NCBI GenBank assembly: GCA_002633005.1
Contig: NMRA01000189.1
Coordinates: 100,264-164,263 of the forward strand
Length of the DNA stretch: 64,000 bases
Direction: 5' to 3'
Source: Phoronis australis
Taxonomy: Eukaryota > Animalia > Phoronida
A model generated the notes under the pieces. It was given only the letters and a program-made list of their open reading frames with translations, searched no databases and was not told the DNA's origin. The stretch's first letter is position 1, and each line of letters starts with the position of its first letter. Position numbers and translations under genes: made by a program. This document shows positions 39,596 to 50,905 of the stretch, in pieces.

Positions 39596-40355
39596 GTAAA
39601 TGCAACTTTTCATTGTAACGCTAGCAACAATCACTAACGGGCGGTGCAGGATATTGAGAACCGGTTTCATGCTCGTTATTCAGTGGTGAAAATCGTTCTC
39701 AAAATGTACCCCTTTAAGTAGCTACCATTATGCATTTAATAGTTACTTTAATTTGTGCGGAGTGATTACTGTGCACAGCAATGAAATGCTGACTGAAAAA
39801 TAACACTTTGAAGCCTAGAAGATAATAGACCTGCAATACATGTGTGTAGGCAGAAAACAGACTATGGGTGAACGCTTTATGATTGATCAGATTAATTTTT
39901 TGATTTGAAAACTCCCTTGAGATTACTGCCTAGACATGTTTTTTTCTAAGTTGTCCGTTTCAATTGTCCTCGGCCTGTTTCATATAAGTGTTCTCAAGTG
40001 GGCTTGAACATTCCGCATTTGAGTTTGATGTTACTGGACCTTTAGATCTCTTTAGGATTGAAGGAAATATGTAGTTACAGGCCAGAATGTTACTAATAAT
40101 GGCGCCTAAGCATCCCAGAGTAGCGCTAATTAATAAAAGATACTTTGTTTTAAAATTGATTATGCAGAATGATGCATAATTCTTGTAGACCGATTAGAAA
40201 GCAGACAGTGTAATTGAGCAAATCTGCACCTCTCTTAAAGAATCGTACTTCAATAAACACTTTTTGTTGCTCTAGATTTTAATATCAAAGATAACAACAT
40301 TTATTACTAGATTTTTTCCCGCTGAGTGTACGATATGTTTCTGTTTTTGTTTCAG

Positions 40356-40546
40356 GGAATTACCAGTTTTTTCACTGGACGTAAGGGGCCCTCACCGAGT
40401 GCGCCCAGCTCCCCCTCCAAGTCATCATTTGGAGGTTCTGCACGGGGTATCTTCCAGGCTGCTTCCGCACAACTCAACAAGGCACCATCATATAACAAGG
40501 ACAGGTGTAAGACACTACTGGTTATAGATGACCCTCACACTGACTG
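40356..40546 (+). CDS. SYN: synapsin coding exon 2, domain B (PSPSAPSSP, MAPK-type SP sites) and start of domain C
   Basis: tttcag acceptor, TG|gtatgt donor; [13 protein letters not shown]. Confidence 0.96.
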
Positions 40547-40946
40547 GTATGTGACAATAGATTACTTTGACTGTTAAGTAGATATTGAGTACAGTATTAG
40601 TTCAAGGGAAGTTATTGATACCTACTTCAGTATCAATGTTTCACTATATAATGACCTGTCTATTACATGGCTTTGGCTTGATCACTCTGCAGTTAATCTT
40701 TGACTACGGAATGCTCCAACTTAAAAAACATTTTACAATGCAAGCATTGTAACAGTCTTTACCTAAATATGGACTTTTACATTTTGATTGGCTGTTGCCT
40801 CATCTCTCATGTCAGTCATTATTGTTGACACCTAATATGGTGCGCATGGATATCACTAAGTCACACCCTTGTAACAAAAATGTTACAAAATGTTGTATGC
40901 CAAACATAACTGTCATCTCTCTCATATAGGATTTGGTCATTTGCAG

Positions 40947-41004
40947 GTCAAAATATTTTAGAGGGAAGAAAATATTTGGTGATTGGGACATCAGGCTGGA
41001 ACAG
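40947..41004 (+). CDS. SYN: synapsin coding exon 3 ([19 protein letters not shown])
   Basis: ttgcag acceptor, CAG|gtatga donor, 58 nt, phase 2/0. Confidence 0.96.
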
Positions 41005-42300
41005 GTATGATATGAAAAACGCTTTGATCAGTGATTGGCAAATTTCCTTTGACTGTACAGAATCAATGATGATTTTTGTGTATCATTCCGTTTAAGTAGT
41101 TTTCCAGAAAAGATTGATGAATACCTTCTCACCAAAATTTTCAAGAAATGTTGAGAAAAACATTCTCGACTAATCCTCTAATCATCACTCATGAAATCTC
41201 AAATTTCTTGTTCAAGCTCTGCTGTATCGCAGAGAAAAGTAGATTAATTCAACAGATTCTTCCTTTCTGTTTTGAAGACTACGCCATAAAGGTGGCTGAC
41301 TAAAACATGGCACATTTGACTATTGCCTCCATGCCAATAACATTTGAATAATAAGCCAGGAGTGTCTAGACAATTTCAAAAGCTCATAGATCAATGCAAC
41401 TATTCATGGTGTTTAATTCAGTAAATAGGAATAGTTAGCCTCCCTTGATGTTTTTGCTGGATAAAGTATTGTTGAGATCCACCAATGGCTGCAATGAATA
41501 TCATTTCTGGCTTGTATTCACTCATGCGTCCTTCATAAATTAATGCGACATTTATATTGATTGTTCAATAAATATGACCATTCCTTCTTTAATCTACTAA
41601 TGCAGTAGACTTGGATGGAGTTGCAAATGGTTAACTTGGATAGTAGTTCTCTTCACGGCTGCCGCTATATTCACTGAATAAATATCACACAAACTTGTTT
41701 TGACAACTTGCCAGTTCTTAGATGAAACATTAATTGCTCTTTGTTAGACAGTTTCACGGTTATTTTGCTATCTAAATATTTCAATCTTGAATTGATGCAA
41801 GACTGTCACTATGCTATGTTGTCTTCATCCTGAACAGTGAAAACAAAAGGTCAAAAGCAATATTCTATTCAAGTGCGAAATGCATTAGGCATGATTGGCA
41901 TTTATAGCTGACTACNGGGGGGGGTGATGTCATGAATACTGAATATCTTCAATTCATGGAGAAACCTTAAAGGTTACCTGGCATGGTAAGACATATAATT
42001 TAGTTGCTACAATTTGCTAAAAGCATGACTGTGACCACGCTGATGTCACAAATTGTCAAATGTTATTGCCCGACTTTTGTCTACGTCACTACGAGAATCC
42101 TCGGATAATTTAAACAGCTATGACATCATCCACTCACATTGCTGTTCTTTTCAATGCACTCTTGTGTCCGCGCCAGATACGTACTTCTAGTGTTTAAATC
42201 ACGTTTTCTTGTGATACCAAAGTATTTCTAAGACTGTATAGTCCAATACATTCATACATTTTATTGCGATGTAGTTATTGTCATGTGCGTGTATTTCTAG

Positions 42301-42392
42301 GCTGAATTTAAAGAGATCAACTTAGCATCATACTCAGAGTCGGGCACAATGGTCGATATTCAGGTCAACAGAAATGGAACAAAGGTCGTCAG
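42301..42392 (+). CDS. SYN: synapsin coding exon 4 (AEFKEINLASYSESGTMVDIQVNRNGTKVV)
   Basis: ttctag acceptor, AG|gtaggg donor, 92 nt, phase 0/2. Confidence 0.96.
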
Positions 42393-42812
42393 GTAGGGGA
42401 CATCTATTGGGATCCTTGGCAGTTTTTTCTTTGGTTGCTTGGGGAAGTGCTGCCTAAAACAGCCATAGCAATACTATTGGGAGGTAATGATTTATTGTGC
42501 CACATTGAGCTTTTGAGCTTTTATGTAACGCATTGCAACCCATCAAGGCTTAAATAACGAGCTGAAATTTGAAAACACTAGCTTAAATTTCGGCCAACTC
42601 GCGTTAGCTTGGGAATGGGGAACTTTTCATGTTGGCTCTCTCTAGAGTAATGAGAACATGGAAGGGACTTCTAATTGATCCTGACTCAGATTTGGTAGAC
42701 AGAAATTCAATTACTACATAGTGGTTCATAAATTTAAAGGCAGGGAAATGAATTCCACTGTCAATCCCTCCCATTTTTTGATTAGTAGAAGTCCTTTAGT
42801 TTTTATACAATG

Positions 42813-43360
42813 NNNNNNNNNNNNNNNNNNNNNNNNNNNNNNNNNNNNNNNNNNNNNNNNNNNNNNNNNNNNNNNNNNNNNNNNNNNNNNNNNNNNNNNN
42901 NNNNNNNNNNNNNNNNNNNNNNNNNNNNNNNNNNNNNNNNNNNNNNNNNNNNNNNNNNNNNNNNNNNNNNNNNNNNNNNNNNNNNNNNNNNNNNNNNNNN
43001 NNNNNNNNNNNNNNNNNNNNNNNNNNNNNNNNNNNNNNNNNNNNNNNNNNNNNNNNNNNNNNNNNNNNNNNNNNNNNNNNNNNNNNNNNNNNNNNNNNNN
43101 NNNNNNNNNNNNNNNNNNNNNNNNNNNNNNNNNNNNNNNNNNNNNNNNNNNNNNNNNNNNNNNNNNNNNNNNNNNNNNNNNNNNNNNNNNNNNNNNNNNN
43201 NNNNNNNNNNNNNNNNNNNNNNNNNNNNNNNNNNNNNNNNNNNNNNNNNNNNNNNNNNNNNNNNNNNNNNNNNNNNNNNNNNNNNNNNNNNNNNNNNNNN
43301 NNNNNNNNNNNNNNNNNNNNNNNNNNNNNNNNNNNNNNNNNNNNNNNNNNNNNNNNNNNN
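42813..43360. other. assembly gap (548 N)
   Basis: Run of N. The flanking synapsin exons join seamlessly, so no constitutive coding exon is lost. Confidence 0.99.
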
Positions 43361-44720
43361 AAGTCTTTGGTTAATTATTCTGTGAAAACTTGTTTTCGGT
43401 ATACATAACCTATAGAATCCTTAACTATGTCACCTATTTCAATGTTTTCTTGCAATGTCAACTAATTTTGCAGTGCGTAACTAACTTAAATATCATTAAA
43501 ACCTCAAATAGACCTATCTTTCGCAGCCAACTTTTGCCGTTTTGTACGATTTACTTAGAAAAGTAGGTCACAGTTCATAGCCTGTACACGTCACGTGCTG
43601 GGAGACTGATACCAAACCAAGTAAGAAATGGATAACAAAAATTGAATTGGTGGCTAAAGTAAGTCGTTAACATGAAATCGAAACATCGAAATGTTAACTT
43701 AATAATTGAAGTAAGGAATAAGGGGGAGGATTTATCTCTTTTCACAACTTTCTGTGTTCATGACCAAACTGAGGCCTGAGGCAACTCGTAGCATTTTTTT
43801 TCAACGTCAATGGTCGTATGCATGTAGATGCAAAACTCCCTTAGGATCAAAACTACGTTTTGTATTCGTTTTCCCCGGGACCATTCTATCATAACCACAC
43901 CTCGTTGGTTTAATGTTATGGCGAATTTGTGAATGAAAGGACTGAGGGTATACCGAAGCTGTTCTGTACCTGGTGGGAGACTCGATTTACTTGAAAGCCC
44001 TTTAACCTTTGACCTTGGATAAGTGCTAAACAAATATCCACGCGGTTGTGCGGTTCCAAGGTGGTTCATAATCTGCTAAATCTTTTTTTTCTCGCTACGC
44101 AGTATATATTTCGTATTTGAAGTTCCCCGAGAATGACGATAAGGTATTTTGCTAGACACAAGTGAAATTTTGTAAAAATGGCCAATTTTTGTGAATAAGG
44201 AGATCAGAATTCGAAAATTTGAAAAAATATAATTTTGGCAACTACGTTTCTACAGAAATGTGAAGAATTACAGCAAACATTCTCCAATTTAGGACAGCCA
44301 CTAAAGTTTGGACACATATATCTAAGTTGAACTTGATCGATTCCAGATTTTGAAATTTGTGACTGGGTGATTTTTGCTTTTATCATATTTATCAATTACG
44401 GACTCTTCACATTTTGCATATCTTCAACAGGGTCTTAAAATAGAATTGGAAGTCAATAAAAAGTATAATATTTCAGACATCTGTAAAATTTAATTTGCTA
44501 TCTTTCCTCTGACTCTTGAATTTGAAACTGCCAATATTTGGAGTTTCTAAAATTTGATACAAGCTCTGACTTTGAGCAAAATATTTTTCATTGTCCCAAA
44601 TTGGAGAATTTTCCTGTAAATACTTGTCATGTCCAGTGTGGTGAGCAATCGTTTAATAATAATTGTTTCTGCTAAATTTAGTTGTCAAAAGTCGTCCCTC
44701 ACCCTTGTCATTTATTTCAG

Positions 44721-44871
44721 GTCGTTCCGACCAGACTTTGTGTTGGTTCGTCAACACGTCAGAGATGCAAATGAAGATTGGAAAAACATAATTCTAGGTT
44801 TAAAATACGGCCTGGTGCCAAGCATCAACAGTTTAGAATCAGTGTATAACTTGATGGACAAACCATGGGCT
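44721..44871 (+). CDS. SYN: synapsin coding exon 5 (SFRPDFVLVRQH...DKPWA)
   Basis: tttcag acceptor, GCT|gtaagt donor, phase 2/0. Confidence 0.96.
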
Positions 44872-45302
44872 GTAAGTACATAGTCTTGTAAATGAAAAGA
44901 CAAAGTGTTTTGTTCGCAAAATTTTGCTCTTTGCCATAATTTGCGTCATCTGCTACGAGTCAGTCATCAATATTGGTTTTGTAAAACAACAGTTCAAGGC
45001 ATACGCGTGTCATGTTCATCGTAGTTCTTATGAAGTTTTTGAATTTTGTTGAGCTTCAATGAATTTTTTGTAAAAAAATCTTGAGGAAACCTGAAAACTA
45101 GCCAAAATGTTTTTACTCTAAAATTTCACAGACTTTAGACAGGAATGGATTCCATCTACCTTTTAAAAAATGTAATCATCCTCTAAAAGAAAAGTAATCT
45201 TGGAAAACACAAGACCAACAATTTTCAGAAACATGACTGTCTATATTTTGTGAAGTATCTAAAATACCTGCAACAAAGTTTACTTGTTTTCCTCTCCTAC
45301 AG

Positions 45303-45392
45303 TTTGCTCATCTGATCCAGCTTCAGCGCCGCCTGGGTAAGGAAATGTTCCCTCTTGTCGACCAATCATATTACCCGAATCACAAGGAAATG
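45303..45392 (+). CDS. SYN: synapsin coding exon 6 (FAHLIQLQRRLGKEMFPLVDQSYYPNHKEM)
   Basis: cctacag acceptor, ATG|gtgagt donor, 90 nt; the following intron is the known TIMP-hosting intron. Confidence 0.96.
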
Positions 45393-46326
45393 GTGAGTAA
45401 CATGTGGGTGAGTCATCACATTTCTGTTTATTATTGTTTCCCAACACACTGACAGGCTCAGGTTGTCACACGAATTTATGAACAGTCTCATCGCAAAACG
45501 AGATATCTGCCAAATTTGAAATCTGAATGTTACTGGTGTATATCATCTGTTAGAAGAAAAATAGTATTTTTGATGCATGAATTATGGTGGGGTATATTGA
45601 GTTTTGCTGAAAAATTATTGAAGTAGTCAGTGCCTCTGCTGATGGAAGATGTTATGCTAATTGGTTCGAAAGTCTCAATTTTGGCGTATGTCTTGTTTTG
45701 TGACAAAATTGTTTTTTGTTGCTCATGCCAGACCAGGTGAAAATTGACTGTTGCTTGATCATCAAATGAAATAAATGTTTTTTCTAATGGCAACACAATA
45801 TTTCTTTGAATTTAGTGGCCCACACAGGATGCCTGGTTATGTCTGTTATCCGTGGTGACAGCCCGATTATGTTAATTAGCTATGTTTCTGCTTTCAGTAA
45901 AAACACCTACCTGTAATGAGCTTTCAGGTTTAGAAGTTCCTAAACGTTTCCAAAAGATTTTAATATAATTGTAGATACCCTGATTTTCTGTGGTAACGGA
46001 AATAGACAGAATTCACAGAAACTGACTTCTTTCACAAAATTAGAGATTACATCGAACAGAATTCACATGTAGTAGATACCATCATTCTAATATTTTTGTT
46101 TTTAATTATCAAAAATTAAGAATAAAATCTGTCAAATTCCACGATACTGGTCACAAATCAATCATCAATCGTTTTGCAATGGATGTCCAAGTAGTTATTT
46201 TTTTGTTCTTTCTAAAGGTGGTGCTTTTCTTTTTCCGGTTTTGAGAAACAATAATCGTGGCATGCAATAAGTTATCCGTAAATGGACCTGTGGGACGTGT
46301 GGAAAATGTAAGCAATTCTCAGGTCA

Positions 46327-47630
46327 TTTTTATGCGCCCGCACTTTTATTTGTGGGTGCACATTGCTGTCATCTCTGTCTGGGTGTCCGGGCGTCCGTCG
46401 TCTGAGGCTGTATCTCCTAAACCCCTAGCGGGATAATAATGAGATTTGACAGACGTGTTCTGCCGAAGCTGACAACAGACGACCACGAGTTTCGGACCAG
46501 TTTGACTACCGCTCTGTCCCCTACTGATAATCTTATTTTTTACGTTTGCCTCTGTATGTTTGGAGTTCCTTGATGGATTTGCATGAAATTTAGCAAATAG
46601 GTTTCTATATGAAGAGACGATGACACCTTCTCGTTTTCGGGTTGATTTGACGTATTCTCAGCTACCTCGTGGCCACTTAAATGGTTTTTGAGTTCCTTTT
46701 TTTAATGTTTGCCTCTTTATCTTCCAAACTACTCAAAGGATCATTGTGAATCGTAGCGGTCCTGATGAGAAGACCATGGCTGACACTGATTTTTGGATGG
46801 ACCTGATACCTGTGGCGTCCCGTGTGGGGATTTTGTAGTTTTTGCGACCATTGCTGCAGCTCCTGATTCCTTTGCATGTTTGTGAACTTTTGCAGTTGTT
46901 TTCCTATAGATGTGACAGTGACTGCCCATGACTTTTTGGATGGCTCTGACTACCTCTATGCCCCCAGTAGCAATTTTATTTTTACCTTTCCTCTACATCT
47001 TCTTAGTTTTTGATGTTTTTTCATGAAATTTGGAAACAAGTTCCTGTTATGAGGACGATTGCATCTTTCCAGTTTGTGATGGATTCGACGTATTCTGTGT
47101 CACCCAGTAGCCATGATGTCAATTATTTTTTAGTCTGCTTTTTTGTCGTCTGCTTGTGTATCTGCCAAACTGCTCAGAGGACCATTATGAAAGTTGGCAA
47201 ATGTTTTGATACTGACATGAGCACGACTGGCGTGGATTTTCAGATAGTTCCAACATAACCGTGATGCTTCCTAGTGACATAGTTTTTGCATCTGCGGCAA
47301 TTCTGTATCTACTGAACCCCTTACAAGATCACAATTTGTCAAGTCTGTTCCTATTAACTTGACATCAGATGGACGGATTCGACGACTGCTGTGCCTTTTG
47401 ATGGTAATTTTTTTATGTCTGCCTCTGTATATTTGGAATTCCTTGGTGCATTTTCATAAAATCCGACAAGCAGTTTTGTAACTGAGAGACAAAGACGCTT
47501 TCCCAATTTTGGACAGGTTTGACGTATTCTGTGAATCTTAATGGCCATTTTTGAGATACTAAAAAATACCAAATCACACCATTTGCGTTGCAGTCGTGGG
47601 TGCATTTCTACACTCTGCGTTGCTGTTGTT
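46327..47630 (+). mobile_element. Helentron/HINE-like element, apparently full length
   Basis: Same termini (ttttatgcgcccgcac...gtgggtgc; gtgggtgcatt...gttgtt) and subrepeats as 9151-10746. Confidence 0.7.
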
Positions 47631-48632
47631 ATGTTGCTTATCTCTTTGAAATGGTAAAACGGAATTTAAAGGTGGAAGAATGAAATTTTAGGTTTCCTAA
47701 AACGAATTCCTCTGTTTTTGAAAATAGACAATCAAAGTACTATCTACTTTTCGAGCAATAGTGATATCACAGAATTTTGAAATTTCTACGTATCATAGAA
47801 ATATGAGTTTTTATTATTGAAGTATGGTATAATCTCACTTATTTAAGAAAAAAATAATTGCCCTTTTTCGTGTGTTCAAATATTGCTGTGCATTCCCGTA
47901 ATTTTTCAAAACTGTCTCTGATGATAGCTGTGGTGCAAAACGCACTGATGCATTTAATTTGGTGCTACGTGTTGGATGAAAAATGTTAAAATAAAGCTTC
48001 ACTTTTGGGCCAAATTGTGTTCCAAATTAGAGAGATTCTACTGTTGGTGTTAGGTCAGTCTGTAAGACTGGTGACCTGCTGACCTTATGACTCCATCTTG
48101 ATGTGTGTTGAAACATCAGGTGCAGATTGAGTTTTGTTTAGACTCATTCATCGAAGCCATCATGGATAAAACTGTTACTTAACTACGACTTTGTGTATCT
48201 TCTATAAATCACACCATTTCCTCTATTAGAATAATCACATGGCAACACTTCTTGACATTGCCTGTGCTATTGCCAATAGATGTCACTGTCTAACTCCCTA
48301 AGTGTATAAATGTCCTCCTGATCTATATCATGGCAAGCTTAGATCAAGTTAAGCCATAAGACTCCCAATTTTCCTCTTTATGTATGTGTTACACATGACA
48401 GTTGTTGTGACGCTATTTATCTTTCTCTGTTGAAAACATTGCTGTCTCTGATAGCCATGTAGAAAAAGATAGTGAGGCTTGAGTCCCATCATTACTAATG
48501 GCATGATGGTTTTCACTGGATTGGCCGTTTAACCTTGGTTTAACATGGTGAGGTGTCCTGGTGAGCCCTCTATTGGCAACTGTACAAACCATGTGTGATG
48601 GCTCTCCTTAAGCCTCTTAAGATTATGTTCTG

Positions 48633-48882
48633 GGGTCTGTTTCATGAAAAGTGACAGAACACTTAAGTCAGAAATTTGGTCTTACGCGCCACACAATTAT
48701 TTAATGTGAAAAAAGTCTTTGTGCACATACCCGCCATAACTGCTAGTTTCTGAGATAATTTTTGTAAAATATTCCTCGGCTACACTTATAATTAGTGGGC
48801 TAAACTTTTATTCAGTAAAGGTGGTTAAAGTGGGTGCATATTTCCGAATTGAGTCCTAAGTCACTTTTTATGAAACACAGCC
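48633..48882. mobile_element. PIF/Harbinger-type MITE
   Basis: TIRs gggtctgtttcatgaaaagtgac / gtcactttttatgaaacacagcc, flanked by CTG and CAG. Confidence 0.6.
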
Positions 48883-48885
48883 CAG

Positions 48886-49125
48886 GGGTCCGTTCCAAGA
48901 AACTGACTTAAGTTCATTTTTACTTAAGTCTAAGATTTGTTGTAACTTCCAAACTTTGAAACTTCAACATCCGGTATTATAGTCAAAGTTAAGACAAAAA
49001 TTAAGCCAAAAACTTAACTCAAACTTATAATCTTATTCTTGGAATGAACAAATTTAAGTTGTGTCTTAAAATTGACTGAAATTTAAGATTCGTCTTAGCT
49101 AAGTCAGTCTTCTTGGAATGGGCCC
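48886..49125. mobile_element. PIF/Harbinger-type MITE, directly abutting the previous one
   Basis: TIRs gggtccgttccaagaaactgactta / taagtcagtcttcttggaatgggccc, CAG TSD on both sides. Confidence 0.7.
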
Positions 49126-49780
49126 CAGGTCAATCAAGTTGCTTCACAGGCTTATAGGTCATCATGTTCTTGTCTGTTGTTTGAATTGAAATTGGTTGCA
49201 GTGAACGGCAGATATTCCCATGATGGCCATACTAATTATCCATGACAAGAAACTTAATGGGTCTACTGTATCTGATACAATAATCATCTATCAGTTCTGC
49301 TCAAGCCGTGAAATCCTTTGTAATGGAATGAGAGGAGGCTGATTTTAAATCAAGAGCTGTTTTTTGACGGAAGTCGCGGCTTTATTGCCCCTTTAACTAT
49401 AGTCGCTTTCACACAAACGCCTCAACTCCTCCGTTTGCTGAATTTTCATCAGCAGGGTAGGGTAGCACTTGGGCTTAACCATCCATCTCATCTTTCAAAG
49501 TAGGTGCAACTCCCCTGCAGTGGGAAAGGTTAAATTCAGTCTGATTGGAGTAGTCACTAGAGGTTGTAGTCTTAGTCACCTTCTGCCATCTGGTGTTTAA
49601 TCCATAGAACTTGGTGGTAACTATGAGACCACCTGTGGAGAAAAGTGAGTGGGAAAGGCAATTGGAGTTTTGATAGAGTTTTGATGAAACAGAATTTCAC
49701 TGATGGGAAGGTGACATTAGTTATGAAACTTGTCATAGTACTAATGGCACATATTGGGACCTGCTGTGGAATCCTCTAAA

Positions 49781-50007
49781 AAATTGCAGGCGGTGTGGTA
49801 CACGATGTGCGCAGTCCACTCAGGTGGACCCATTACACTGATCGCTTGGAACCATTCTATGCTTTATTAACATATAGTTAAGATCGAGCTGAGGAGCTAG
49901 AGACCTGACTCAAGGGTTTAGCCATGTGCCCCAGTGGGACTCAAACCCACGGCCTTGAGTAACGGAAGAGGACAGAAATATCCCTCTAGGCCACATTGCA
50001 TCCTCTT
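49781..50007 (-). mobile_element. tRNA-derived SINE with 12-bp TSD
   Basis: Minus strand has A-box-like TGGCCTAGAGG and B-box-like GGTTTGAGTCC; flanked by direct repeat GAATCCTCTAAA (49769-49780, 50008-50019). Confidence 0.75.
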
Positions 50008-50905
50008 GAATCCTCTAAAGGATTTTGTGTAGCCTGAGCCTGTCTTTGTGGTGTGTTCATCTTCATTATTGCTGTTATTGTTATAATTATTGATGGTGTT
50101 GTGTTCTGAATGTTATTCGTTTACTGATTTCAGAGCTGTTACTGACCCTGTTGGTTGTGTGAACAGTGATTCTTTTTAAAAAGTATTAACTTTGTACAAT
50201 CTGTATCAACTTTGATGAGATACCTTTGGACACCCAGCCATGTTTTGTTGTTCGTTCGCCACAGTTACAAAAAGCTCTAGAAGAAGCCTAATTACATCCA
50301 AAAGATATTCATTTGTCTTCGTTGTACTGAGTTTCGATGATAGATGTCATAAGAACCTTCTGATCTAATTGTTCTAGGAAGTATTAACTCTAACTTGCAC
50401 AACCTTATTAGCAGCTTGTTGTTGTGCGAATTTTTTTAAGGTTTTGTTAGAACCATCATAACGACATCACTATCTCAGAAATGAATGATTGGAGTCGTAC
50501 GAAACTTTCAGGCGCTATGTCTTATGCGATATTAACAGTTGTCTCTCGTATGTTCCACTTTTGCATGACGGGCTATCAAGAACTAGGTCTCTTGTGATTT
50601 TTATGAAAAATTAAAGTTGCATAAGAGGGAAAAGAAATGCTAATTTATAATATTAGAAACAAGGTTTTCGAGATTTTACCTCAAATATTTTAGTGAAAAG
50701 AAAATGGTCATGTTGTCAATACCATTGTCTTTCTGAGTTTCTTTTTTCCTGAATTTTACTAATTAGACATGGTCACATGGCCCGATAAGTGGCAGATTGG
50801 TGCGAAAAATCAATGTCTACCTGTTTTTTTTTTTACTTTCAGAAAATCTACATTTTTGTGGAGTTAAAATTTATACTTTTGTAGATATTTGGCTCTACAG
50901 ACTTG

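Larger units (their letters stand above)
39410..45392 (+). other. SYN: synapsin gene, 5' part (spliced 5'UTR plus 6 coding exons); continues beyond window
   Basis: Exons join to MNYLRRRFSS...[35 protein letters not shown]...SFRPDFVLVRQH...DKPWAFAHLIQ...FPLVDQSYYPNHKEM, unmistakable synapsin domains A, B and C. Confidence 0.97.

Noticed and set aside
40921-40946. Upstream AG (40928-40929) as an alternative acceptor for synapsin coding exon 3
   Set aside because: It adds 17 nt and shifts the frame.
42721-43385. Long ORFs of 217 and 191 aa
   Set aside because: They consist of translated N gap.
48355-48395. TPNFPL, resembling the next synapsin exon (TPKFPVVVK)
   Set aside because: Poor acceptor and no continuation to KIGHAH; chance similarity.
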